DNA of 64,000 nucleotides from Glaucostegus cemiculus (GCA_976551045.1 CDPCPM010000418.1:3348001-3412000); one strand, 5' to 3'; numbered from the stretch's first letter, positions 50,591 through 63,295 are shown. Program-made: numbers and translations. The notes: a model not told the origin generated them from the letters alone.

Positions 50591-52184
50591 CTTACAGATC
50601 TGTCATTGGAGGAGCACACATCAGCACAGGGTCAGCACCTTCTGGGTGGAAGACTGAGAATTTGATGGTAAGGTGGGATGGGTTCTTGTCACGTGGATCA
50701 AGAACCCAGGTACGCTGCACATTACCATACCTGATCCATTAGGAGATTCTTCTGAAGATAGCACATAGGAAAATGCCAACAATATTTAATATTCCCTTAA
50801 AACAGCTAAATTTAAGGGATCACAACAAAATTCAGCACAGTATAGAACTGATCCCTTTGAGTAGGACCAAATGCTGTTCCAATTATTACAGTTATTATTT
50901 AAGAACTTATTCAGAATAATCTTGGCCCAGCAGCATTTGGAGAAGCATAAACAATTCTGGTTTCTCCATTATGAAAAAAATACAGAGGCACAGAAAAAGG
51001 TGCATAAGTATCATATTTATAAGGTTAATCCCATACTGAGAAATCATACTAGAGCTCTCTACTTTAGAAAGAAAACTGGTGTTGGGATAGGCTAACATTG
51101 GAGGTCATTTAAATTACAAAAGGTTATATTGGACTGGACACTGAGATGCAGGAGAGGCCAGAAAGAAGTGACGAAGTATACAACAGTCACTAATAAAATA
51201 AAAAGGGAATGTAGGCAAAATCTTCATGTCTCAAGAGACCTGAGAATGTGAGGCAAATAGCAGAGATATTTTTAAGGAGAAATTATGTACGTAGGTGATA
51301 GAATAAGGTGATGCAGTTAAATGACGATAAGTGGGAGCAGGGCGATGTGCATCTTAAACAACAGCAAGGATTCATTAGCCCTTTGGAGCTGAATTTTTTT
51401 GCTGTAAATATTTTGTCATAGAACTTGGGTACTAAATACTCCAGACAGTGCTGCTTTGCTTTCTCTTTCCCTCTGTCTGAGCTTTATCCGTGAAGAGTGA
51501 CATACTGCAGCTTTACATCAGCCTGTTGCTCTGATTAGTTTGGAGATATCTTTGGTTATCTATACCTGACCACAAATGTTCTTCATTCCAGAAAGAGCTG
51601 GCACTCCATGCAAAGTCATCTAGCTGTCACACAGCCATCAAAGCATAATCCCGCTGCGTACACACTGCTTTCCCACAGCAGCGAAAGGCAATACATCAAT
51701 ATTGCATTGGGCTGTGTGTTGCAATGTTGTCTGTGCACGCACCGGATCCAAGATTAGAAATGGCTGGGATCAGAGAACAGCCTATCACAGTGACAACCCT
51801 TTCCTTAAAGGAGGTGATGCTGTTTCAGGTACAGTCACTTCCATGTCTAGGCACAAAAATAATAGATTTTTGATTTCTTGCTGTCTGCTATACAACATAT
51901 TACAGAGGGAGGAGGGAGGGTGGGAGGGAGGAGAGGGGGGAGAGGGGGAGACAGGGAAGGAGAAGGGGCAGGGGAGGAGAGGGGACAAGGGGAGAGAAAG
52001 GGGGGAGAGGGGAAGAGAAAGGCAGAGAAAGAGGGGGAAGAGGGGAAGGGGAAGAGAGTGGGAAAAGTAAGGGGGAGATGGGGCAGAGAGATGGGGAGAG
52101 AGAACAGGGAAAAGAGAACAGGGGTGAGACAGCAGAGGAGAGAGCAGAGGGCAGGGCAGGAGAGAGAGGGAGAGGGGAGAGATG

Positions 52185-52380
52185 NNNNNNNNNNNNNNNN
52201 NNNNNNNNNNNNNNNNNNNNNNNNNNNNNNNNNNNNNNNNNNNNNNNNNNNNNNNNNNNNNNNNNNNNNNNNNNNNNNNNNNNNNNNNNNNNNNNNNNNN
52301 NNNNNNNNNNNNNNNNNNNNNNNNNNNNNNNNNNNNNNNNNNNNNNNNNNNNNNNNNNNNNNNNNNNNNNNNNNNNNNNN
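52185..52380. other. Assembly gap (196 N)
   Basis: Run of N. Confidence 1.
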
Positions 52381-52384
52381 AGAG

Positions 52385-52845
52385 GAGGGAGAGGAGAGGG
52401 GGAGAGGAGGGAAGGAGAGGGGGAGAGGAGGGAAGGAGAGGGGGAGAGGAGGGAAGGAGAGGGGGAGAGGAGGGAAGGAGAGGGGGAGAGGAGGGAAGGA
52501 GAGGGGGAGAGGAGGGAAGGAGAGGGGGAGAGGAGGGAAGGAGAGGGGGAGAGGAGGGAAGGAGAGGGGGAGAGGAGGGAAGGAGAGGGGGAGAGGAGGG
52601 AAGGAGAGGGGGAGAGGAGGGAAGGAGAGGGGGAGAGGAGGGAAGGAGAGGGGGAGAGGAGGGAAGGAGAGGGGGAGAGGAGGGAAGGAGAGGGGGAGAG
52701 GAGGGAAGGAGAGGGGGAGAGGAGGGAAGGAGAGGGGGAGAGGAGGGAAGGAGAGGGGGAGAGGAGGGAAGGAGAGGGGGAGAGGAGGGAAGGAGAGGGG
52801 GAGAGGAGGGAAGGAGAGGGGGAGAGGAGGGAAGGAGAGGGGGAG
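52385..52845. repeat. 21-bp tandem repeat GGAGAGGAGGGAAGGAGAGGG, ~21-22 copies
   Basis: Near-perfect array; 7-aa periodicity in ORF track. Confidence 0.97.
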
Positions 52846-53313
52846 AGAAGGAAGGAGAGGGGGAGAGAAGGAAGGAGAGGGGGAGAGCAGGGGAGAAGGA
52901 GAGAGGCAGCAGAGAATAGAATGGGGGAGAGAGCAGGGAAAGAGCACAGAGAGAGCAGGGGGGGAGAGAGGGGGGAGGTAAGGAAAGAGAGGTGGGGAGA
53001 GGGAGAAGAGAAAGTGGGGAGGAGGGGAGAAGGGATGAGGGGGAAGGGGAGAAGGGAGGGGTGAGGGGAGAGAAGGGAAAGGGGAAGAAAGCAGAGGAGA
53101 GAGAGTGGGAGAGAGGGGTAGCGAAGGGGAGGAGAGAGCAGGGCAGAAAGAGCAGGGGAGAGAGCAAGGGAGGGAGAGCGAGGGAGGGGGAGAGGGAGGA
53201 GAGAGGGAGAGACCTCTATCCCCTCTCTCCCCCCTGCCTCCCCTCTCCCCTTCTGTACCCCCTCTCCATCCTCTCTCCTCCCTCCCCCTCTCTACCAGCA
53301 GAGGGGGGAGAGA

Positions 53314-53535
53314 GAAGGTGGAGGGAGGGAAGGTGGAGGGAGGGAAGGTGGAGGGAGGGAAGGTGGAGGGAGGGAAGGTGGAGGGAGGGAAGGTGGAGGG
53401 AGGGAAGGTGGAGGGAGGGAAGGTGGAGGGAGGGAAGGTGGAGGGAGGGAAGGTGGAGGGAGGGAAGGTGGAGGGAGAGAAGGTGGAGGGAGAGAAGGTG
53501 GAGGGAGAGAAGGTGGAGAGAGAGAAGGTGGAGAG
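53314..53535. repeat. 15-bp tandem repeat GAAGGTGGAGGGAGG, ~14-15 copies
   Basis: Directly visible; variants accumulate toward the 3' end. Confidence 0.97.
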
Positions 53536-53589
53536 AGAGAGAGATGGGATACAGGGTAGGTTTAAGAGCTATTTTAAATAATAGTTGTG

Positions 53590-54030
53590 ACTGAAAGCAC
53601 AGCAAAGCCACACGGACATGGGTTCCAGAGCCTTTAGCACAAAATATAGTCTGGCGATTCTAGTATAGCACTGTGTGAATGCTGCCTCAGATGTATCGTC
53701 TTTCAGCTCTTACCTCAAACAGACATACTGACTGTCCTCTCGAGGGAATGTAAAAGATCCCATGACGCTATTTTGAAGGACAACAGAGGAGATTGCCCTG
53801 CTCTCTCTCACCCTGGACCTCTCTCACACAACAGAACATCACTAAAAGAGATGGTCCTGTCAACATACCTCTTTACTGATTGTGAGAACCTGCTACATAC
53901 AAATTGGTTGCTATACTTTCACAATTACAACAATGAGTACACTTTAAAAAATGTGCTTTGCTGAATCTTGAACCATCCAAAATCCTTATCTAAAAGGCCT
54001 TACTTCAATACAACAGTATCATTCCTCTGT
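53590..54030 (+). mobile_element. Deu-domain SINE
   Basis: tgtaaaagatcccatgacgctattttgaag..aacatcactaaaagagat..acaaattggttgct..attacaacaatgagtacactt. Confidence 0.75.
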
Positions 54031-54361
54031 CTGCCTGATGTTACAAAGACTGTTATTGTCATGATGTATTTTTCTGCCCTGAATCCCTCTTCCCATCCAA
54101 CTTCCATCCCTCAAACTGCTGGGAATTTCATGGATATAGGCTGCCATCTGATACATTATCCAAGAGGCTATTCCACATTCTTGACCCATGACATTAAGTG
54201 TTGGAAGTAGATCAGTTCTGGGAGGTACAATGGGATGGGTGACCAAATTCCTAGTCCTCAGCATCCAACATCTTCCTCTAACCTCTGAGGAGTTATCAGA
54301 AAGAGCCCTTGGGAAACTTCCCTGTTCCTACCTTAATAAGCCAATTAAAACATATAATTAA

Positions 54362-54703
54362 AACATATAAGACCATAAGATATAGGAACCGAATTATTGG
54401 CAATTCAGCCCATTGAATCTGTTCAGCTATTCAATCATGGCTGATTTTTTTTTCAACCTATTCTCCCACCTTCTCCCTGTAACCTTTAACCCCTTTACCA
54501 ATAAAGAACCTGTCAATCACTTGGCCTCTACATCCCTCTGTGGCAATGACTTCCACAGATTCACCATCCCCTGGTTGAAGAAACTCCTCATCTCAGTTTT
54601 AAAGGGATGTCCCTTTATTCTGAAGCTGTGTCCTCGGATCCTAGACTCTCCTACTATTGGAAACATCCTCTATACATCCACTCCATCCAGGCCTTTCAGT
54701 ATC
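54362..54703 (-). mobile_element. CR1 LINE 3' end (same subfamily as 41145-41508)
   Basis: ataagaccataagatatagga..ttcaatcatggctgatttt..aaagggatgtccctttattctgaagctgtgtcctcggatcctagactctc..ggcctttcagtat. Confidence 0.9.
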
Positions 54704-56289
54704 TAGTATCTACCACATAGGTTATCGACTACATCCCTGCCTGGAGTCAGATAGCTCCATACAGTTACATATGGGCAGCAGAGCTTTAGATGAACTCGTA
54801 TTTCTAGGCACAGTAATTTACTTAAGTCTTTTCTCAAAGAATCACCTCCCTCTGTCACACCCTTCCCCTCAACATATATCCTGGCTCTTTTCCAATCAGC
54901 TGCAAGGAAAGATCTCCCTCAGTGGAACTAATTCTTTACAAGCTCAGTGTGCCAGGAAAATGCCATTTCAAACAATCTGGTCAACACTTTAGCTAACAGA
55001 ATCTGACCATTTGAGAATTTAGTTGGCTTTTCCAGCTTTCAGACATCAATCCACTTAGATAGCCAGAGAAAACTGCCTACAAATATCTCATAAAATGTAA
55101 TAGTTGAAATTAGAGTCAGTCATGGTTGGCCCACTCTGCCGAGGAATGCATTGGTTCAATGCACAAATGAAAGAGAAAATCTGGGAGATCCTGTCGCCCA
55201 ATTCATTCATCATCTTCTCCAGAGAGAATCGGAACTTTGAAAAGACCACAGGCAAAATTCAAACAGGAGCAACGTTTGGAGTTCTATCTGTCACATCATA
55301 TTCATTATTTTTTTTACTTTTAGTTACTATTCAGCAAAATATAAAATATTAGCAATTAATGGACAATTTTCTCATCCACACTCTACTCCCAGAGATCATG
55401 TATACTTTATCATGAATTATAATCATATATTTAATCTTCCCCCCTACAGCCCATGCACACTCTACCCACCATGAACTCTACTTAATTGTGCATTCTCCTC
55501 CCACAGGCCCTACACACTTTACTTTAAATGGTCTATCTTTTCAGTTATTTGCTGCCCACCACATATGCCCACATTACCTTGTCATATACTCCATCCATCC
55601 ATTTTATCTCCTCCCTCTGCCCACACTAACTCTACCCTATTATGAACTCATTTTTAATTTCCTTCCACAAACCAGCCTGTACCCCCCTGTCACGGGTTGC
55701 ATATACCTATTCAAAGTCCGTCCAAAAGCTATGTCCACACTGTGTTGTTTTGGACACAATCCTTCTATTTAACTTTCTTAGTCAATAACTTTTATGTTTG
55801 TCTTCTGTAAGGTTATATTGGACTGGGTTTCAGTCACCTTCTTCTCTCCTTTTGCCTGAATAGCAATAGCATAATGTAACATCACCATGGCTTTGAGAAA
55901 AATATGAACAAAATAGGTATGGACTCTATTATAAAAGAACTGGTCATTAAACTAAAATCCACAAGAAGGCACAGTTGAACATGAAACTAGAGGAAAGATC
56001 GGATCATAAATACTATGGGAAGTACTGACAGCAGTCCAGGTCCCAATGTTGGAAGCTCATTGCCTCTTACTTAAATAAATGAGCTGATGCAGCAACCAGT
56101 TCCTACATAACGATATGAAGGTTACTGGACGAAAGCAATGCAGGTGGTGATCTGTAAGCAGATTGCAATCCTTTCTCCAGTGACAGATAATAGCAAATCA
56201 AATTTAAGAGGGGCAATTGTGAAAGGTACTGTCATTGACACAAATGGATTTAGAAAGGGACCCAGTGCAGACAATCATTTTTAATGCCA

Positions 56290-56680
56290 ATCAGGGCTCA
56301 GTGTATAACTCACTTCCTTCTATGTCAGAAGGCTGTGGTCACTTCATAGTCTAACATCTGATCTCATGGTGGTCTTATCTTTCAGATTAGAAATTAAACT
56401 GAGGGGCCAACAGTTAGTAGTGTAGGGTCTGCTGGCAATAGTTTAGGAGTTAACCTTACTATGCCCAAACCGCCAGCTCTCTACTCAAATCTGGCTAGTC
56501 CATTATTTATTCCTCAATCATTACTGAAATAAAATGCTAGATTAGCTGGCCATGATCACTCTGCTTCTTCTGGGAGCTTGCTGTGCCTAAATTGGGTGCT
56601 GTACTTCTTACACGACTTCATTGGCTGTGAAGTACTTTGAGGAGATCATGGGTGTTACAGAAATCTAACTCTTCAATGAC
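56290..56680 (+). mobile_element. Deu-domain SINE
   Basis: ggctcagtgtataactcac..gtcagaaggctgtgg..tgggagcttgctgtgcctaaattgg..cttcattggctgtgaagtacttt. Confidence 0.7.
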
Positions 56681-58574
56681 ACGACAATATGGGCAACCAA
56701 TGAAAGTAAAACAATTAGGGTGTTGTAACAGCCAACCAGAATAATACCAGTTAAGTCTATGGATGATTATGGTCTCTGATGGTTTCCATGAGCAGATCAA
56801 ATCCCATACACTAAGGTTTGACATTATTCCTCAGTGTCTATGATGCTAGTATAGGTGCCTTGTGGCCCAGCAATGAGAACTGAGTGCAATATACAAGGCA
56901 GGCTCTGACCAGAACCTAATAATCACACTTTCAATCTTTTATTCTATTGTTTTGTCTGTGTTTTGTTTTGAACCTTATTGATGCCGATGATGCTCAGCAG
57001 TGAATGGAGAAGGATCGATGAAGTTCCTTTAAGCATTGTCTATGGCTGTTTGTACAGTTTTTCTGGAGTCTGTCTGTCAACTACTTTCTACTGTGTGATT
57101 GCAGCTCTGGCTGAAATCAAGCTGTTCTGAAGCTGGCTCCAAGCCTGGGCAGTGAGCAAGCTGGGGAGGCTTGCCTACCACTAAGATGGAGAGCAGTGCC
57201 CACAAGAAGGCGGCTTTGTTGCTTTGGAACATGATATCTTGGCACAGCAGCCAGCATGAGGGAAAGGAGAGAGAATTTATAAAACTGTATTGTTCTATAT
57301 GAGGCAGGCAAAGGCTGATTACAAATAGCTGACTAGGTCATGCAGTTTTATTCATATATCAGCATTTAGGACGGCTTATGGAGATTAAAATCTGAATGGA
57401 AGAGAGCACCTTAGCACTGTACTCATTTAATTTGATACATTTCATATCCTGCACTGCCACCTAATACCCATTATTACTGGTTGATCCTGAATTTAGACAT
57501 TCATTTTTGTGCCACAATCAACAACTACTCGCAATTATTAATCAAAAACCTTAAAATAGCAAAAACATCACCAGACACTTCACATGAGCATTAGCAAACA
57601 AAATTTGACCTTAACCATGCAAATGGAATTACGAGATAAGGAATAAGTCAAGGCTAGAGAAAAGCTTCATCACTGGAGATCAAGCCAATGCATTCTGTCC
57701 AGGAATGAATTAGGGGAGGTGAAGTGAGGTTGGGATTAGTGTAACTGCTTCTGCTATTTCCAAATTTTCCAAGTTGGGATGTTTTGAGAAACTTGGAGCA
57801 GATTCTGTTTTCACACACTGACTGCCCTTGTCCTTCTAGGTGGTGGACCTTGAGGGATAAGGAGGTGCTGCTGCATTTACTGAGTTGCTGAATTGGTTAG
57901 TTGTCCATCCTCAGGCAACCACCCTTTGACACTCAACATCCAGGCTCACTGATAAACACTGATATTGAGGTAGCAGAGTTGTTGGTGTTAGTGGAAACCC
58001 AGCAAGGATCTGCACCTTCGGGAGAGGATGCAATCAGACAGGGAAGAAAATAATCCAGATCCTGAAGCAGAAAGGGTTCCAATTAAAGCCACACGGATGC
58101 TCTGGCATGTTTTTATTTAGAATTCAGGAGGTTCTCCTTGTTGTTCACTTTCTGAAATTAGAACTCGGCAAAGGATCTGATGTCAGTGATTGTTCTCACA
58201 CGAGCTGTAATATGTAACTGTAACTGGCTCTTCCAGAGAGACTCCATTCACTGCAATTTGGTGAAAGGTTTAAATGCAGGCTTTTAAAAGACTTGAGGTA
58301 GGATCCGTTTGCTAGAAACCCAATCTAGTAATTATGCTTCAGCAAACCGTGTTTCCTGTTGTGATTTAAATGGATTAGGTTCTCAGAGAATTTAATGCTC
58401 AATGAAATAGTGCTCACCAAGCTTCATTTATAGGCTCACCTTGTTAAATTCCAGGACCTAGCTGCGATGACGCAGCTTGGAGACCCTGACATAGTAAAAG
58501 ACTATTTGCATTTATGTAGCATCCTTAATGTAGCAAACTGTCACACTGCATTTCATGTTGTGCATCAAGAAGGA

Positions 58575-58930
58575 GGAACATTTGTAAGCCTTTCATGGTC
58601 TCAGAATGCTTCCCAGAAACTTTTTGAATTGCAGCCACTGTTGTGAAAAATGGTGTCTGCTAATTTAAGCACAGCAAGGTTTCACAAATATCAAAGGAAT
58701 GATGATAGGTTGACTGTTGAGGGCTAATAATTGTCATAACTCCCTGACTTTTCTTCAGAACATTTCTATTCAGTTAAGGGAGCAATGGCTCCTTGGTTTA
58801 AGAACTCATGGAAAAATTGGCACTGCCACAGCACTGTACCAGAAGTATCAGACTAGATTATGTGCACAACTCTCTGGGAAGCTACTTGGCCCTATAATTT
58901 TCTGACAGAGAAATGAGTGGGTGTTAATAG
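58575..58930 (-). mobile_element. Deu-domain SINE
   Basis: gcctttcatggtctcag..tttttgaattgcagccactgttgt..aatttaagcacagcaagg..cttggttta..tcagactagattatgtgc. Confidence 0.7.
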
Positions 58931-59764
58931 TTTGCAGCCTGGGGCACAGCGAAGATGCAGGGAGGAACAAAAACATAGGATAGTATAGGAGGCCATTCAA
59001 CACTTTTAGCCTGTTCCACTACTGATCTATATTTCGCCTTGTTTCCATAACAACTATGCATCCAATGCATTTTGAACAGAGGAAGCTCTAGAGAGTAAGA
59101 TTCAGAGGAATACATGAGTGCACTGAAAATGAGAAAGCCTGTGATAAAGAGTAGCATCCAGAGAACAAACTATCCCATGCATCCAGCCCTGGAATGTACT
59201 GGAGGGGTGGCTGCTAGGGTAGCTGCTTCAGCTATGGGCTTGTTATGTTTTATGCATAAACTGTACTTACAATGCAGGTTCAGGTTGGCAATATATCATC
59301 ATTACTGCAGTGATGGAATGAGAGTGGGGGGCGGTTCTGTGGTTTTTAAGATTTGGGAAAACTAATAAATAACATCAATGCATACTGCTGGCAAAGTCTG
59401 CTGTTCATTATATCCTTAGACTGCATTGCCCAGGGACTGTAGATCACCATTAGCAGAGAGGCCAAATTGCTCCAGTGACAGCTGTATTTTTAGCCTTTTT
59501 GAAAAAAACTAATAAATGAAATGACTTTTTGGCCTCTTGTAGAGAGCAGAGATCATTTTCTGACTCCCTGCTTAGAGTAATGCATTGCGATGTGCAGAAT
59601 CACCAGCCAGAGCTTCATCACTTCTCCCGAGCGAATGCTTCAAAGTGCAGGCGTCAAATAGAAATCAGCAGCTCTTGCTTGGCAGATGGGAAAGGGTTCT
59701 GAGCAGAAACAGGCAGGGTCAGCATAGCAAGTGCTTGATATCGCTTGATTCACCCTGAACAGGA

Positions 59765-60165
59765 TCTATCCTGCTAACTGCCTCTCCTGCTGATTTGACC
59801 CAGAGTCACCTGGAATTAAAGATTAATCTGCCAGACACTCATGCAAATAAACCCCAGGAGAAATTCTGAGGGGCTGCGGTGGTGTTTTTAAACAAAACTT
59901 ATGAATTTTATTCTCCTTGAACAATTATTTTACTAGTTTTAAAAATATTGGAGATTGCTGAGGGTTTGGCGGAGAGGGGTACTGTATGGCTGAGAGATTG
60001 ACTATGGGATATCACGAACTGATTGTGGCATTCTGGATGGATGATCGATTGGGTGGCAAGATCCTGTGTAACCAGTGGGAAGAATGTGGGGTAGTGCAGT
60101 TGACAGTGAGGGGTCATGCGATGAAACCTCCAGTTTGACATCCAATCAGAATTAAATACTTTCAA
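59765..60165 (+). mobile_element. MITE-like element, longest copy of the family
   Basis: gagtcacctggaattaaagattaatctgccagacact..aggggtcatgcgatgaaacctccag..catccaatcaga. Confidence 0.55.
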
Positions 60166-60460
60166 AGGCACTGGGTTGCTAGAGGAGTCATCTTTTAGAT
60201 AAGGAGTTAAATCAATATGCTCTCAAGTGGATATAAAAAGCCTTGTAGCACCATTGCAGAGAACAGCCAGGTATTTTTTTTCCAGTGGCCTGACAAATAT
60301 TTGTCCCTTCACCCAAAATTACTTCAAGTTATCTAATGATTACCACTCTGCAATTTGTAGCAGCTTGCTGTGTATACGTTTCTACAGTGATCACATGCCT
60401 TGGCTGTGAAGTATTTTGGGATGCACTAAGGTCATGAAAAGCATAATTTTATTTTGTTTT
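60166..60460 (+). mobile_element. Deu-domain SINE 3' part
   Basis: ctctcaagtggatataaaa..aatatttgtcccttca..agcttgctgtg..ttggctgtgaagtattttgggatg..aggtcatgaaa. Confidence 0.75.
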
Positions 60461-60614
60461 TGTCCCTGCAAGTGTCAGGAGCTTGAGGATAAAATGAATC
60501 AAATGTGCTGAAAGGTAGAGTATAGTGGTCAGTTTGGTTACATAATTATGTTGACCAAACTCAAATGACCAGTCCAACCTGAACCACACCCGAGTGTGAA
60601 GACCTATAATTTTT

Positions 60615-63295
60615 TCCATCATGCATTCAGCACACCATGATCAGCTTCTACATCCCAACCCTGGAAACTGCAGATGAGGATTTCTTCTCTGATCTTGAGA
60701 AAACCTTGGCCTGCACCCCACAAACTAATTCTCTTGGCCAACTTCAATGTCAAAGTCAGAAAGGATACAGACTTTTGGAAAAATGTGATGAGGAAAGGAG
60801 AGGGCAGGGCTACCTCCAGCAGAGTCCTCCTAATGGGATAATGGCACACAATCTTGGTGCACAAAAATGAGATCACCAGCACCTGTTTCATCAGAGACAA
60901 GTACAAAACCCTTTGGCAGCACCTCCTAATCCAGGCATTGGGCTGATAGATCTGTCCAAATCAGAGATTGCAAGGATGTTTGCATCACCCACACCAAGAC
61001 AGGTACCACTGTTACTACTGAGCTGGCCACTCCTTAATCCACTCTGTTATTTCCATCAGCCTAGCCCCAAAGCAAAAGCAGCAAGAAAGATATTGTCACA
61101 AGAAAATTCAATGTTATTGACTTCAACTAAGAGAGCTTTTCTCAGATAACAACTCACAAACAATCCAATAACTCCCTTACAACAAGAACGGCAGAACATC
61201 CAAAGTACCTGTACTGTCTTGAAGTCCCCCATAATTATTATTTCTGAAGAGATTACTGGCTTATCTACCAGAAAACATCAGGACCAGTTCGATGAGAATG
61301 AGCAGGAGATCACGAAGCTAATCCTTGGATTGGAAGCTCTACCACAGTTCAAGGAAAAAGGAGCATCTGTAAAGACAACAAAAATAAGGCCTCAGGAGCA
61401 GATTCTTGGTAAAGTTCTAAAACTTGGTAAAGAGAAACTTCAGGTGCAAATTAATGACCCCATCCTGTAAGTGGAGAGAAGCCAGGGAACCTCAGAAGCA
61501 CTGTAATCGTGACCACTTTCAAGGAAGCAGACAGACCCTAATGTGATAACTACAAAGGGGCTTCCCTGTTGTCTGCCATATGGGAAGACATTACAAGGGT
61601 CCTTCTCAACCACCTCCTTCCAGTGGCCAAAAAGCTGCCTCCCATAATGGAGTGTAGATTGGGTCCAGCAAGTGGGATGTGGACATGATTTTCATCACAC
61701 CACAAATGCATGAAAAATGAATGGAGTAGCATCAACCACTGCCAATTGAGAGGGATTGTGGAGAATCTTTCTCAAATTCAGTTGCCCTCTGAAGTTTGTC
61801 CCTATCTAGTGACTGCTACATGGCAACCAACATGATCCCTGTGCAGAATGGGGTCAAGCAAGTCTGCATCAGCACTCCAACACTTTTCTCGGTGTTTCTC
61901 ACTTCAATATTGCACCTTACTTCCAACAAACTTCCTGCTGGAGTAATACTAATCTACAGGATGAATAAGCAATTATTCAATCTAAAGCATTTGTAAGGTC
62001 ACTCCAACCTCAGTCACTGAACTGCAGCATGCAGATGACACTTGCACATACGCACATTCAGAAGCTGAGCTCCAAGTCATTGTCGACTCATCCACTGAAG
62101 CATATCAAAGAATGAGCCTTACACAAGACATAAGCAAAACAAAGGTCCTTTACCAACCTGTCTCCATCACATCTTGCTGACCCTAACACTCCTCATAATA
62201 GCCCTGAAAGAGGTGGATGAGTTTTCATGTGCTACCTCTCAGTTAAAGCAGACATTGATATGAAATTCACCATCACTTCCAGTATACCAGTTCATTCTTG
62301 GGCCTACTGAGGAAGAGTGTTCAAATAGCTTTGTTCTACTAGTTCTACTATGCATTAGTGATCCCTGCCTCCTGTACATTTCAGAGATATGAATGTAGGA
62401 GAATGAGGGGTGATCTTATAGAGGTGTATAAAATTATGCAGGGCATGGATAGGGTGAATGCACACAGTCATTTTCGCCAGGGTTGGGGAATCAAGAACTA
62501 GGTTTAGGGTGAGAGGAGAAAGATTTAATAGGAACCTGAGTGGGAACTTCTTCACCCAGAAAGTGGTCACTATATGGAATGAGCAGCCACAGGAAGTGGT
62601 TGAGGCAGATACATTAACATTTAAAAGGAACTTGGACAGGTACATGGACAGGAAAGGTTTAGAGGAATATGGATCAAGTGCTGTCAAATGGGACTAGCTT
62701 GGATGGGAATCTTGGTCGGCATGGGCCATATGAGCTGAAGGGTCCTGTTTCTGTGCTGTATGACTCTATGTACTACTTACAATTGCCACTATAAAGTGCT
62801 GGAGAGGTACCACCAAAACTCTCTCCATAAAATCCTTTCAAATCCACTGGCAGGATAGGTGATCAGCATCTTCTGCCAGGCCAATATCCCCAGCAGCGAG
62901 ACCTCAATTACTCTCAACTGCCTCTGATGTCAGCAGACTCCCAAAACAAGCACTCTATTCCAGGCTCCATCTTCGAAGAGGTTAGCTTGACAACAGAGGA
63001 AACAAATGAAGGGTCTCCTCAAAGGTTTGAAAAAAATGTCATGTTCTCATCAACTTTGGTAATCCTGGGCCACGTCAACCCCAAATGGGGTAGGAATATT
63101 CAGGATGGTGCTGAGAACCTTGAGTCTCTTGGTCAGGAGGACACAGAAGCTCAATGAAAATGGCAAAAGGAGCACTCCACTGCCCATCGGCCCAATCTGC
63201 GGTATAGTTATGGATCCCAATTCAGAACTCACAGAACTGGAGTTCATGCAAGTCATCCTCAATCCAAAGGGACTACTTAAGACAATGATTTATTT
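60615..63295 (+). mobile_element. Degraded RTE-clade LINE (APE endonuclease, RT, 3' end)
   Basis: ISFYIPTL..FFSDLEKTL, NFNVKV, RDKYKTLWQH (APE); NGVKQVCISTPTLFSVF, ELQHADDT, KTKVLYQP (RT); tail gcaagtcatcctcaatccaaagggactacttaaga; many frameshifts and deletions. Confidence 0.88.
62395..62770 (+). mobile_element. CR1/HER1 3' end nested in the RTE
   Basis: ORF 62458-62697 VGESRTR..RGERF..GNFFTQKVV.IWN..P.EVVEA..FKRNLDRYM; tail ctgtttctgtgctgtatgactctatg; RTE sequence resumes afterwards. Confidence 0.92.

Larger units (their letters stand above)
51905..53545. repeat. ~1.6-kb polypurine/polypyrimidine block spanning the gap
   Basis: Almost only G/A on + strand, apart from a pyrimidine block at ~53212-53295. 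Confidence 0.95.

Noticed and set aside
50598-50667. Plus-strand 70-nt exon-like segment (cttaCAG| .. ATG|GTAAGG)
   Set aside because: Acceptor comes from a SINE tail and no partner exons were found; probably cryptic
51549-51562. TCTTTGGTTATCTA matches the first 14 nt of miR-9-5p
   Set aside because: 3' part diverges and no miR-9-3p arm or hairpin follows
51785-53611. ORFs of 130-460 aa
   Set aside because: Read-through of polypurine tandem repeats and the N gap
57966-57990. TGAGGTAG let-7 seed-like sequence
   Set aside because: Remainder does not match let-7 and no complementary arm was seen
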